From: Bacteroidota bacterium
GTDB lineage: Bacteria; Bacteroidota; Ignavibacteria; Kapaibacteriales; UBA2268
DNA: 64,000 nt
Assembly: GCA_022707965.1 (NCBI GenBank)
Contig: JAKIZO010000001.1
Location: 692 to 64,691 of the forward strand
Direction: 5' to 3'
Made by a program: the position numbers and the translations under genes. Within the stretch, counting starts at the first letter, position 1. The number at the start of each line of letters is the position of its first letter. Of the stretch, positions 56,835 to 64,000 are shown in pieces. Under the pieces are notes generated by a model. The model saw only the letters and a program-made list of their open reading frames with translations. It ran no database searches and was not told where the DNA came from.

Positions 56835-58160
56835 TTAATTATTTTTTTCAGGTGAAGTAATGATGACAATTTCGGTTCGGCGGTTGAGCTGCCTGCCGAA
56901 TTCGTCTTTGTTGCTTGCGATTGGACGGCGTTTGCCATAGCCAACTATGGACATTCTACTTTTGTCGACGCCTTTCGAAGCAAGATAATTCATTACGCTT
57001 TCGGCTCGCTTTTGCGAGAGAACGTAGTTGAATGCGTCGGTTCCAACGTTGTCAGTATGCCCTTCGATAATAATTGAAACATTCGGCTTATTAATCATAA
57101 ATTCAGCGAGGATGTCGAGTTCTTTAATAACCTCAGGCAAATTATACTGTCCTGTTTTGAACAAAAGATTTTCAATGATAAGTTTACGTCCAAGTTCGAC
57201 AATTGGAATAACCTTTTTCACAAGCTTATTATCTGTCGGGTTAAAGAGAGCAATTTCAATTGAATCAGGAATAACGGGTTCGTCTGAACGGTAGCTAAGA
57301 ATATACAGATTAGTGAGTTGTTTGGAGAAATTATCTAAAATATTGGAAAAGGGCAAATCAAGGTCGAAAGCAGCACCACGAGTGGAACGCGAGATTATTT
57401 CGTAATTTTTCAAGCGAGGCGGGGCAATGCTAAAGACGCGTATGTCGTTTTTGATGAGCTTTTCGATAATAGATTGAGTGGTGTGTCGGGTTGTGCCCAT
57501 ACCTTTTTCGCCTGCTTGATGGTAAGGAGCGTCGGTGATAAGAACAACGCAACGAACAGCATCAGGACGGAAGCGGAAGCGGGTTGCTTCGTCGAGAGCT
57601 TCGAGAGCGTTTTCTTTTTCGTCGCCACCGCCAAAAGCACGCACGGGAGCGAGCCAACCAATGAAGTCGGCAACTTTATTTGTCGGTTTGAACACTTTGC
57701 TAATATCGTCGTCGAAAAGAATTAGTCCTAATCTATAATCAATACCGCGTTTAGTCAGATTAGTTGTAAAATCAGCAATATTGTCTTTTACTTGATTAAT
57801 ATATGTTTGCATCGAACCCGTAATATCAATGGCAAAAATAAAATCGACCAAAACATTGTCAACGACAGGGATTTTTTCGACTTTGGTGACTTTTTTTGGG
57901 ACGCCTTTTTCGAAAACGAATAGGTTATCGGATGTAAGAGTATCAACAGGTTCGCCGAGTTTATTATAAGCTTCTATTATAATACGCATTTCAGGGAATT
58001 TGGAAATATCCACGTTTCGGATGGAAATTTCAATTTCTTTCCGAGCCGATTCTACTTTTGTTTCCTGCAAAATTTCGATGCGATTGAACTTATCTTGAGA
58101 AAAAAGCGATGAAACGAAAAAAAATACGAACAAACTAAAAACTGATTTTCTGATAATCAT
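56835..58160 (-). CDS. Secreted von Willebrand factor A domain protein with C-terminal OmpA/MotB-like peptidoglycan-binding domain
   Basis: 441 aa with a signal peptide and a vWA MIDAS-like motif (FAIDITGSM, LITDAP). OmpA_C motif IIEGHTDNVGTDAFNYVLSQKRAESVMNYL...NRRTEIVI. Confidence 0.8.
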   Translation of the reverse strand: MIIRKSVFSLFVFFFVSSLFSQDKFNRIEILQETKVESARKEIEISIRNVDISKFPEMRIIIEAYNKLGEPVDTLTSDNLFVFEKGVPKKVTKVEKIPVVDNVLVDFIFAIDITGSMQTYINQVKDNIADFTTNLTKRGIDYRLGLILFDDDISKVFKPTNKVADFIGWLAPVRAFGGGDEKENALEALDEATRFRFRPDAVRCVVLITDAPYHQAGEKGMGTTRHTTQSIIEKLIKNDIRVFSIAPPRLKNYEIISRSTRGAAFDLDLPFSNILDNFSKQLTNLYILSYRSDEPVIPDSIEIALFNPTDNKLVKKVIPIVELGRKLIIENLLFKTGQYNLPEVIKELDILAEFMINKPNVSIIIEGHTDNVGTDAFNYVLSQKRAESVMNYLASKGVDKSRMSIVGYGKRRPIASNKDEFGRQLNRRTEIVIITSPEKNN

Positions 58161-58184
58161 TTTAATTCTTTATTTTATTTATAC

Positions 58185-58226
58185 ATAAAAAATTGCCCCA
58201 ACTGAATAGAAACAGTGGGGCAATTA
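58185..58226 (-). terminator. Terminator-like hairpin between the 486-aa gene and the vWA-OmpA gene
   Basis: On the minus strand, AATTGCCCCA (58225-58216) pairs with TGGGGCAATT (58200-58191), followed by TTTTT. It ends only about 25 nt before the ATG at 58160. Confidence 0.6.
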
Positions 58227-58241
58227 TAGAAATACACAGAA

Positions 58242-59702
58242 TTATATTGTAATTCTCAATAAAGGTGAAATCATAAAGAAGTTTTTGATTTCATAAGGAC
58301 GCTCGGTACGCAACGGAGTAGAATATTTTGCTTCGAGATAGAACCAGTTGCTAAACAGTGGCAACCAGATGCGTCCTAACATAATCTGATTAGAGTATTG
58401 AATGCTTGCACCGAATGGGAAAATTGCCTGATTGCGGTATTCAACTTTTGCAAACATCCAATCAGCAAATTCTTTTGGTTTGTATGTTTTAAGTCCCGTA
58501 ACATTTTCGACAGTAATTTCGTAGTTCAGTCCGTTTGTTGTGTTCGGGTAATGATAAAGAGCAGTTTCGCGAACTTCCGAGTAATTAATACCGAGGTCGA
58601 AACGGAAGAAGTTTTCAGGATTAGATTTGTCGAGCCACCAGTTATAGAAAACAGTTGCATAACCGGTAGAGCGAATAACAGGAGCGACAGCTGCAATAGT
58701 AGAAATATCAGCACGCACATCACCTTCCTTAAATTGGATTTGGTCGAAATGAGCTGGGACGTAGGTGCCGTAGGTTGTTCTATCAATGCCATAAGTAGTG
58801 AGCTGTTCGAGAGGAATTTCAGCGGTGAAGGCAACGCCTAATGCAGGGTGGAAAGGCATATGGAAATCAAAGCCTGCAATTAATTTTCCGCCGGGGGCTG
58901 CATTTAATACACGTTCAGGAACCCACGAGAATAGGTCGTTGTCGCCGAGCCCGGAAGTCATACGATATCCACCGCCTAAATAAGCATTAATCAAGTAAGG
59001 AATTCCCTGGCGTGTAGAATAATCGCTATTAACATATAGAGGTCTTTGGAGAATAATTTTGGATTCGCCAGCAGACCAGAATGGGTAACCTACGTGGTCG
59101 GAGCCAACTATCGAGCGGAGCCAAAATCCCGTTGCACCAACTTTAAGAGATTGCTCGAAAAGCGAAACAGTGAAAGCTTGCTTGACGTTTGTTGGTTGCT
59201 TTATATAATCAAGAATAACCTCAGCTTGGGAAGCTTGCAAAGGATATTCAATAGGAACTTCTGTATAGCAATAGTCTCTGCGAGCGACGTCTGCTGGAAA
59301 TCCTCTATCTTTTCCCTGATAAACATATTCACCTGTAAGGAAGCGAACAAGTTTATCGCCCATATAGTATTCGATTTGAACTGCATTCATCGAGGCTTTG
59401 CCACAAGTAATCATAAGCAGTTCATAAGGGTCGCGTTCATCTTCGCGAGGAGCGGCGAGGATTTCAATATTTTGCTCATTGAGGTCGCTTTTGCTGAACC
59501 CCATAAAGAGGAATGTTTGATAAATTTGAATTTGAAGGTCGGGTTCGCACACCTTCCAGCGAGGGAAATATTTAATAATTTCGGGGTCGATAGTTGTTAA
59601 GGAATCAATTATTTCCCTTTCATTAGTAATTCTACCTGTTTGAGCATTGACAACACTTAGTGCTGCGATTGCTAAGATAACTGTCAAGAAAAATCTTTTC
59701 AT
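58242..59702 (-). CDS. Hypothetical secreted protein with C-terminal barrel-like domain (paralogue of the upstream gene)
   Basis: 486 aa with a signal peptide (AALSVVNAQ). The C-terminal part shares FGASIQY..(8 aa)..IWLPL with the 579-aa neighbour. Confidence 0.5.
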   Translation of the reverse strand: MKRFFLTVILAIAALSVVNAQTGRITNEREIIDSLTTIDPEIIKYFPRWKVCEPDLQIQIYQTFLFMGFSKSDLNEQNIEILAAPREDERDPYELLMITCGKASMNAVQIEYYMGDKLVRFLTGEYVYQGKDRGFPADVARRDYCYTEVPIEYPLQASQAEVILDYIKQPTNVKQAFTVSLFEQSLKVGATGFWLRSIVGSDHVGYPFWSAGESKIILQRPLYVNSDYSTRQGIPYLINAYLGGGYRMTSGLGDNDLFSWVPERVLNAAPGGKLIAGFDFHMPFHPALGVAFTAEIPLEQLTTYGIDRTTYGTYVPAHFDQIQFKEGDVRADISTIAAVAPVIRSTGYATVFYNWWLDKSNPENFFRFDLGINYSEVRETALYHYPNTTNGLNYEITVENVTGLKTYKPKEFADWMFAKVEYRNQAIFPFGASIQYSNQIMLGRIWLPLFSNWFYLEAKYSTPLRTERPYEIKNFFMISPLLRITI

Positions 59703-59738
59703 AGTATTCTTTCTATTTAATTTAACTAATCTACTTAA

Positions 59739-61478
59739 TTAAAAAGTAAAAATAAATCTTGCGGTTGGCATAAACACACTGTTTAGTTCCCAATCGCGAA
59801 GTTTGCCCTTCATAGCAGCGGAATAGCCTTTAGCATCGAAGCGAACGGCAACGCGGTTGCGAACAATTGGAACAGACAGCCAGATATTCGCAAAGATTGA
59901 TTCATCAAAATACTGGATAGAAGCACCATAAGGAGTGCGTGCATTTTTAGCCATAAAGTCGAGTTTAGCACTAATGCCCGTTACATTATCAGAAGACTTT
60001 TTAGTATATTTAGTTTTTACAATTCCATTCTCTTCGTCTTCGATAACTTTGTTGTACCATCTATCGGCAGTATAGGTTGTTCCGCCGAGCCCAAAACGCA
60101 GCCAGTAGTCGTCATCGATAGCAATACCAAATGTATAGTGCAATGAAGCGTTAAATCTAATCATATAATCTTCGTCGTTGAATAAAGCATTTCGCATTGC
60201 AGCAATATCGGAATAATCATCTATGCTCTTTTTACGATTTTTGTAATCAGGTTCGTTTGCATCACCGAAAATGTAACCAAATGAGAAATTAAAGATACCA
60301 CTTTGAGGAATAACTTTAATCGGGAAATCGCCTGATGCAGAGATACCAACACTGCCGGAAGTAAGTTTTCTATCTACATCGTAGAAGTCTTTCGAAAGGG
60401 AAGCCCAACCGGAAGTAGGCAAAATGAAACCAAGTTTCACATTTTCCCAAATAGCCGATAGAGTTAATCTTTCGCTCCAAAGGCTTGGATAGTTTATTTC
60501 ATCGATACCGTATTTTAGCTCGACACCGTATTGAGGTAGGCTCTGGTTCGTAACAGTGGAAAGAGTATCGACATAACCGTCGGAATAAACAATCATAGGC
60601 TGTTCGTAGTGGCGCCAGCTAATCAAATCGGAGCTTAAAATTAATTCATTTTTGCGAAGTTCGTAATCAAGAGGTTGTCCATCGGAAATTCTCTTAAATG
60701 TTTGAACGTCGAAAGGAGTAATTTCGTATTCGTTTTTAACAAGCGATTGAGAAGTTCCGTAAACTTTTGGAGCAAATTTTTTGAAAGTGCCGAAGCCCTG
60801 AGCTTCGAGGGTTTTATTTTCAACGTTACCCTGACGGAAAGCAGTAACAATAAGTTCATACATATTGTATGCACGGTATTCATTTTCGTCGAGGGTAAAA
60901 GCAAAAAGTTCAGGATTAGTATAAACATTGCGAGGTGGCACCTGACGCAATGATTTTTCAATATCATCTTCGCTATCGTAGGAAACAAGCATTGCAATGA
61001 TAGATGAGGGGACAATCTGGTCGCGTTCCATACGAGTAGTAACAACGTAAACGTTCTGAACAGTTGCGATGGATTGACCTTGCGATTGCAAGCTCTGGAT
61101 AATACAATCGATGTCGTCGGGTATATCGTAACCACGTGCAAGCATTCCTTGCTTAATTGCAATATCGCTTGCACCGGCTTCGACCTGGGAGCGGACGAAG
61201 TCTACGATAGTTCTATCGGCATTTTTGACGCAAGCTTCGTCTGCAACAGCAACGGTGCGGGTAAGCGCTTCGTCCTGGACACGAATAGCTTTGCGAATAT
61301 CGCCAATATCTTTGATACGGTAGATAGAAATTGTTGAAAATCTGTAATTTTTGAACTTGTTTAAAATACTTTCGAGTTTGATGCGGAAAGATTCATCAAT
61401 TTGAGCATTAGCCTGGAAGCTCAAAGCGACCCCGAAAAGTATACTTAGAATTAATACCGATGATAATTTCTTCATCAT
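59739..61478 (-). CDS. Hypothetical secreted protein with C-terminal outer-membrane barrel-like domain
   Basis: 579 aa with a signal peptide (ALSFQANAQ). Beta-strand-rich C-terminal half ending in ARFIFTF (aromatic OMP-type terminus). Shares the YGASIQY..IWLSVP motif with the 486-aa protein. Confidence 0.5.
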   Translation of the reverse strand: MMKKLSSVLILSILFGVALSFQANAQIDESFRIKLESILNKFKNYRFSTISIYRIKDIGDIRKAIRVQDEALTRTVAVADEACVKNADRTIVDFVRSQVEAGASDIAIKQGMLARGYDIPDDIDCIIQSLQSQGQSIATVQNVYVVTTRMERDQIVPSSIIAMLVSYDSEDDIEKSLRQVPPRNVYTNPELFAFTLDENEYRAYNMYELIVTAFRQGNVENKTLEAQGFGTFKKFAPKVYGTSQSLVKNEYEITPFDVQTFKRISDGQPLDYELRKNELILSSDLISWRHYEQPMIVYSDGYVDTLSTVTNQSLPQYGVELKYGIDEINYPSLWSERLTLSAIWENVKLGFILPTSGWASLSKDFYDVDRKLTSGSVGISASGDFPIKVIPQSGIFNFSFGYIFGDANEPDYKNRKKSIDDYSDIAAMRNALFNDEDYMIRFNASLHYTFGIAIDDDYWLRFGLGGTTYTADRWYNKVIEDEENGIVKTKYTKKSSDNVTGISAKLDFMAKNARTPYGASIQYFDESIFANIWLSVPIVRNRVAVRFDAKGYSAAMKGKLRDWELNSVFMPTARFIFTF

Positions 61479-61530
61479 TTTATATCCCTTGTAAAATCAT
61501 AATTTCAATAATAATTTTTTAATTATCTGA

Positions 61531-61552
61531 GCGGAGGCATCGAAGTCTCCGC
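61531..61552 (-). other. Intercistronic GC-rich hairpin between the 759-aa and 579-aa genes
   Basis: GCGGAG (61531-61536) and CTCCGC (61547-61552) form a 6-bp stem with a 10-nt loop. No T run follows on the minus strand, so it is probably not a full terminator. Confidence 0.4.
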
Positions 61553-61567
61553 CCAGGAATATAATAA

Positions 61568-63847
61568 TTATCTACGTCTTGGACCGCCACGTTCAGGTGA
61601 ATAATCGATGCTAACAGTAACTCTTTGAGCACTTGAACGCGATTGTTTATTATTTATCGGATTAATTGCCACAACATTAACAGGAATTGTTAAAGTACCT
61701 TTAATTTTTGTTTCGCCGCGTGGCAAATTGCCGGACATTTCGAGGTTAATGTTATAAGTACCGTCGCCCGCATCTTCGATTTCCGGACCGGCAGCAAGTT
61801 CGTAAGCGTTTAAAGTACCAGTTTTTTCGGAAATAGTTTTAGCTTCGGCACGAACAGTAGCCAGAGTACCTTCGACGCCCGTAGTAGGTTTGGAAATTCT
61901 TATACCTTTGATGGAAATCTTTATTCTTTGTGGTTGTCCGGAAACTTCAACTCTCATATCGCGAGTATTGATTGAAGCAGGTTCTTGCTTGATTTCGAAT
62001 GTACGAGTTGGGAAGAGTTCCACTTCAACACCCGAAGCAGGCTGAACCCAGGTAACACGGATTGAGATATTATCTTTATCAGGAGTATAGACAAAATTCA
62101 TATTACGAGTAATTGCAAGCCCTTCAACTGGTGGCTTTTGCATATCTTTATCAAAGTATGCGTAAATACGGAACTGGTTAGCAGCAATTTTGTTGCCTGA
62201 TTCTGGTATTACATCAAGCAGAAGCGAACCACCATAATAAGCATAAGCATCGATAGTATTTACTATCTTACGTTCGCTTTCATCAGTCAGACCAGTTCTA
62301 AATATTCCGAGAGTAGCTGATTGAGTAGCACGGCGAGATTGTAAATTATGAACAACTTCGATTTTGTATTCTCCGGGTGAAAGTTTGGCTTCGACGGTAC
62401 CGCGATAATCACGTTTTTCACCCTGACGTGGTGTTGAGACACCCGAACCAGGAATTTCGTCCAATGCTTTGAAAGAAATTCTTGAAACAACATTTCCACT
62501 CTTATCAAGCACATTACCTGTAACAGTGTTCTGACCAGGCTGATAAGGAGAAATTGAAATATCGAAGACGTGATTAACTGCATCGAAGCAATACATAGCA
62601 GAAGCCATATTGATAGTAGGTTCTGCAATGTTCGGTTTAGGAGTAATTACACGAACGTTAAATTCGATGCTGCCACGGTTCTGGTCGAAATTGGAGGACA
62701 TACCAGGTGCCAGCAATTGAGCAATGTAGCTGAACAGCCTAATTTTACCAATTAGTTCAGTTGCTTCGCGGTCAGACATAGCAACTTCGATAGCAGCCTG
62801 GATTTTTTCGTTGAATTTATCAATATCGCGAGTTTTGATGAACTCATCAGCATCAGGAAGACTGAATTTTTCGAGATTATTTTGAAGTTCTTTGAGAACT
62901 TTTCGCAGATCGCGAACGGTCAATTGAACAGTACCGATATTGACAGTTGCATCGTCGCTAATATCGGCAGCACTCTGGTCTGAACGAACACCAAGAATAC
63001 GGTTAGTGCGAGAGGAGAAACGCAATTTATACCAACCTGCTCTGCTTGGTGGCTGGAAATTAACTATAAATGAACGTTTATTTAGCCCGCTTGCAGTAGC
63101 AAGTTTTCTTGTTTCGGTTTCGGAATAGAAAAATACGCTATCCTGAGATAAGTTTGGTGGTGCATACGAAGGACCAATGACAACTTCGCTGCTTTTAGGA
63201 TAAACAGGGGAAATATCAGCAGTTGATTTCAAATTAGCAAAAACAAGTCTATCGAAAGTAGCCCTTGAATCTAAATTAAGCTGGCGAACAGCAAGGAGTT
63301 CCCAATCTTCACCATTAGGACCGGGGAATTTTTGTCCCGGCTGCATTTTAAGAAAATCTATATTATTCTTCTTGATATATTCGTCTGTTTGGAACATTGG
63401 AGCACTTGTCGGGTCCTGACTGCTGCTGTAAAAGATTTGATATTGAAGTTCAGCAACATTAGCAAGTTCGACAAGTTTCTGCAAACGTTCGACGTGTTCT
63501 TTGTCGGTTTCACCCTCGCGTCTTTTCAGAGACGTGGTTACGTCAGTAACACCAACTTCAACACTGTAACGACGATAGGATTTGATGTCCGAGCCAATCA
63601 TTTCACGCATATTGATGCCAGGAGGAGTAATGGTGATTTCGTCCTGCGGACGAGTGTTAATTCCTTCGGTGCCGGCACCGGATTGAAGTTGAGTAAGAAT
63701 ACTTTCCACAATTTTCATTGTTTCTTGTTGTTTTTTGTGGAGATGCTCTTCTGCTTCGTCTCGTTCAACGATGATAATCAGAAGTTCCAATACAACGGCA
63801 AGATAAAGTACGAAATATACTTTCCCTGCTCCGCCGCCTTTTGACAT
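61568..63847 (-). CDS. Hypothetical bitopic membrane protein: short N-tail, one TM helix containing Glu21, coiled coil, long beta-rich extracytoplasmic region
   Basis: 759 aa. GGAGGG lies 8 nt upstream of the ATG at 63847. N-terminus MSKGGGAGKVYFVLYLAVVLELLIIIVERDEAEE. No family recognised by eye. Confidence 0.55.
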   Translation of the reverse strand: MSKGGGAGKVYFVLYLAVVLELLIIIVERDEAEEHLHKKQQETMKIVESILTQLQSGAGTEGINTRPQDEITITPPGINMREMIGSDIKSYRRYSVEVGVTDVTTSLKRREGETDKEHVERLQKLVELANVAELQYQIFYSSSQDPTSAPMFQTDEYIKKNNIDFLKMQPGQKFPGPNGEDWELLAVRQLNLDSRATFDRLVFANLKSTADISPVYPKSSEVVIGPSYAPPNLSQDSVFFYSETETRKLATASGLNKRSFIVNFQPPSRAGWYKLRFSSRTNRILGVRSDQSAADISDDATVNIGTVQLTVRDLRKVLKELQNNLEKFSLPDADEFIKTRDIDKFNEKIQAAIEVAMSDREATELIGKIRLFSYIAQLLAPGMSSNFDQNRGSIEFNVRVITPKPNIAEPTINMASAMYCFDAVNHVFDISISPYQPGQNTVTGNVLDKSGNVVSRISFKALDEIPGSGVSTPRQGEKRDYRGTVEAKLSPGEYKIEVVHNLQSRRATQSATLGIFRTGLTDESERKIVNTIDAYAYYGGSLLLDVIPESGNKIAANQFRIYAYFDKDMQKPPVEGLAITRNMNFVYTPDKDNISIRVTWVQPASGVEVELFPTRTFEIKQEPASINTRDMRVEVSGQPQRIKISIKGIRISKPTTGVEGTLATVRAEAKTISEKTGTLNAYELAAGPEIEDAGDGTYNINLEMSGNLPRGETKIKGTLTIPVNVVAINPINNKQSRSSAQRVTVSIDYSPERGGPRRR

Positions 63848-64000
63848 ACTAAATACCCTCCAAATTTATAGATTTTTCAAAATGTCTAAAATATTGTAGT
63901 GTAAAATACGACATATTTCAAATATTACTAAACAACTTATTAACGAATTTTTAAAAATCTAACAAAAAATATGTTAATTGCAAAATATATTTTCTCAATG

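Noticed and set aside
61568-63847. Naming the 759-aa protein GldM/PorM
   Set aside because: Only the overall topology (short N-tail, one TM helix, long periplasmic region) and a vague N-terminal resemblance support it. The conserved GldM N-terminal motif is not present by eye. No gldK, gldL or gldN neighbours exist, and the upstream 150 nt is non-coding.
63861-63868. TAAATTTG (minus strand) as the -7 promoter box for the 759-aa gene
   Set aside because: It sits between the SD and a point only about 14 nt from the ATG. A transcript starting there would lack the strong GGAGGG. It is more likely a chance match in AT-rich DNA, with the real promoter further upstream or outside the window.
1-64000. 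CRISPR arrays, tRNA/rRNA genes, transposases and long direct repeats
   Set aside because: I scanned the intergenic regions by eye. None shows spaced direct repeats, cloverleaf-compatible GC-rich segments or rRNA-like sequence. All gaps are short or AT-rich promoter and terminator regions.

Overview
AT-rich 64-kb chromosomal segment, densely packed with about 59 protein genes. I found no rRNA, tRNA, CRISPR array, transposase or integrase. The gene content points to an FCB-group bacterium (Bacteroidota/Ignavibacteriota-like). Supporting markers are a type-A T9SS C-terminal sorting domain, DUF1573, a TonB-dependent receptor with a DUF4249-like partner, an Omp28-like lipoprotein, an ACIII subunit followed by a caa3 oxidase cluster, and three copies of a Bacteroidota-style TTTG-N19/20-TATTTTTG promoter. 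Most of the window is housekeeping: respiration (1-8196), pyk, purM, mtnA, ssb, cmk, rpmB, rpsD, rpsU, surE, serA-like, gpmI, glgP and murG. The items most worth follow-up: (1) a clear cobalamin riboswitch (minus strand, aptamer 28204-28039) whose only downstream gene is a T9SS-sorted, possibly beta-propeller secreted protein, a candidate surface corrinoid-capture factor; (2) a four-gene envelope module of unrecognised function (63847-56835, minus strand), made of a 759-aa bitopic protein with a glutamate inside its TM helix, two paralogous proteins with C-terminal barrel-like domains, and a vWA-OmpA protein; (3) an intact but isolated phage-type large terminase gene whose 3' end overlaps that of an NfeD protease gene lacking its usual SPFH partner; (4) a flavodiiron-like (ODP-like) MBL-fold protein paired with a short soluble MCP-like protein; (5) a polytopic membrane domain fused to a c551/552-like cytochrome at the end of an unusually ordered caa3 cluster. 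All functional calls come from reading motifs in the supplied translations and DNA. No database search was run.
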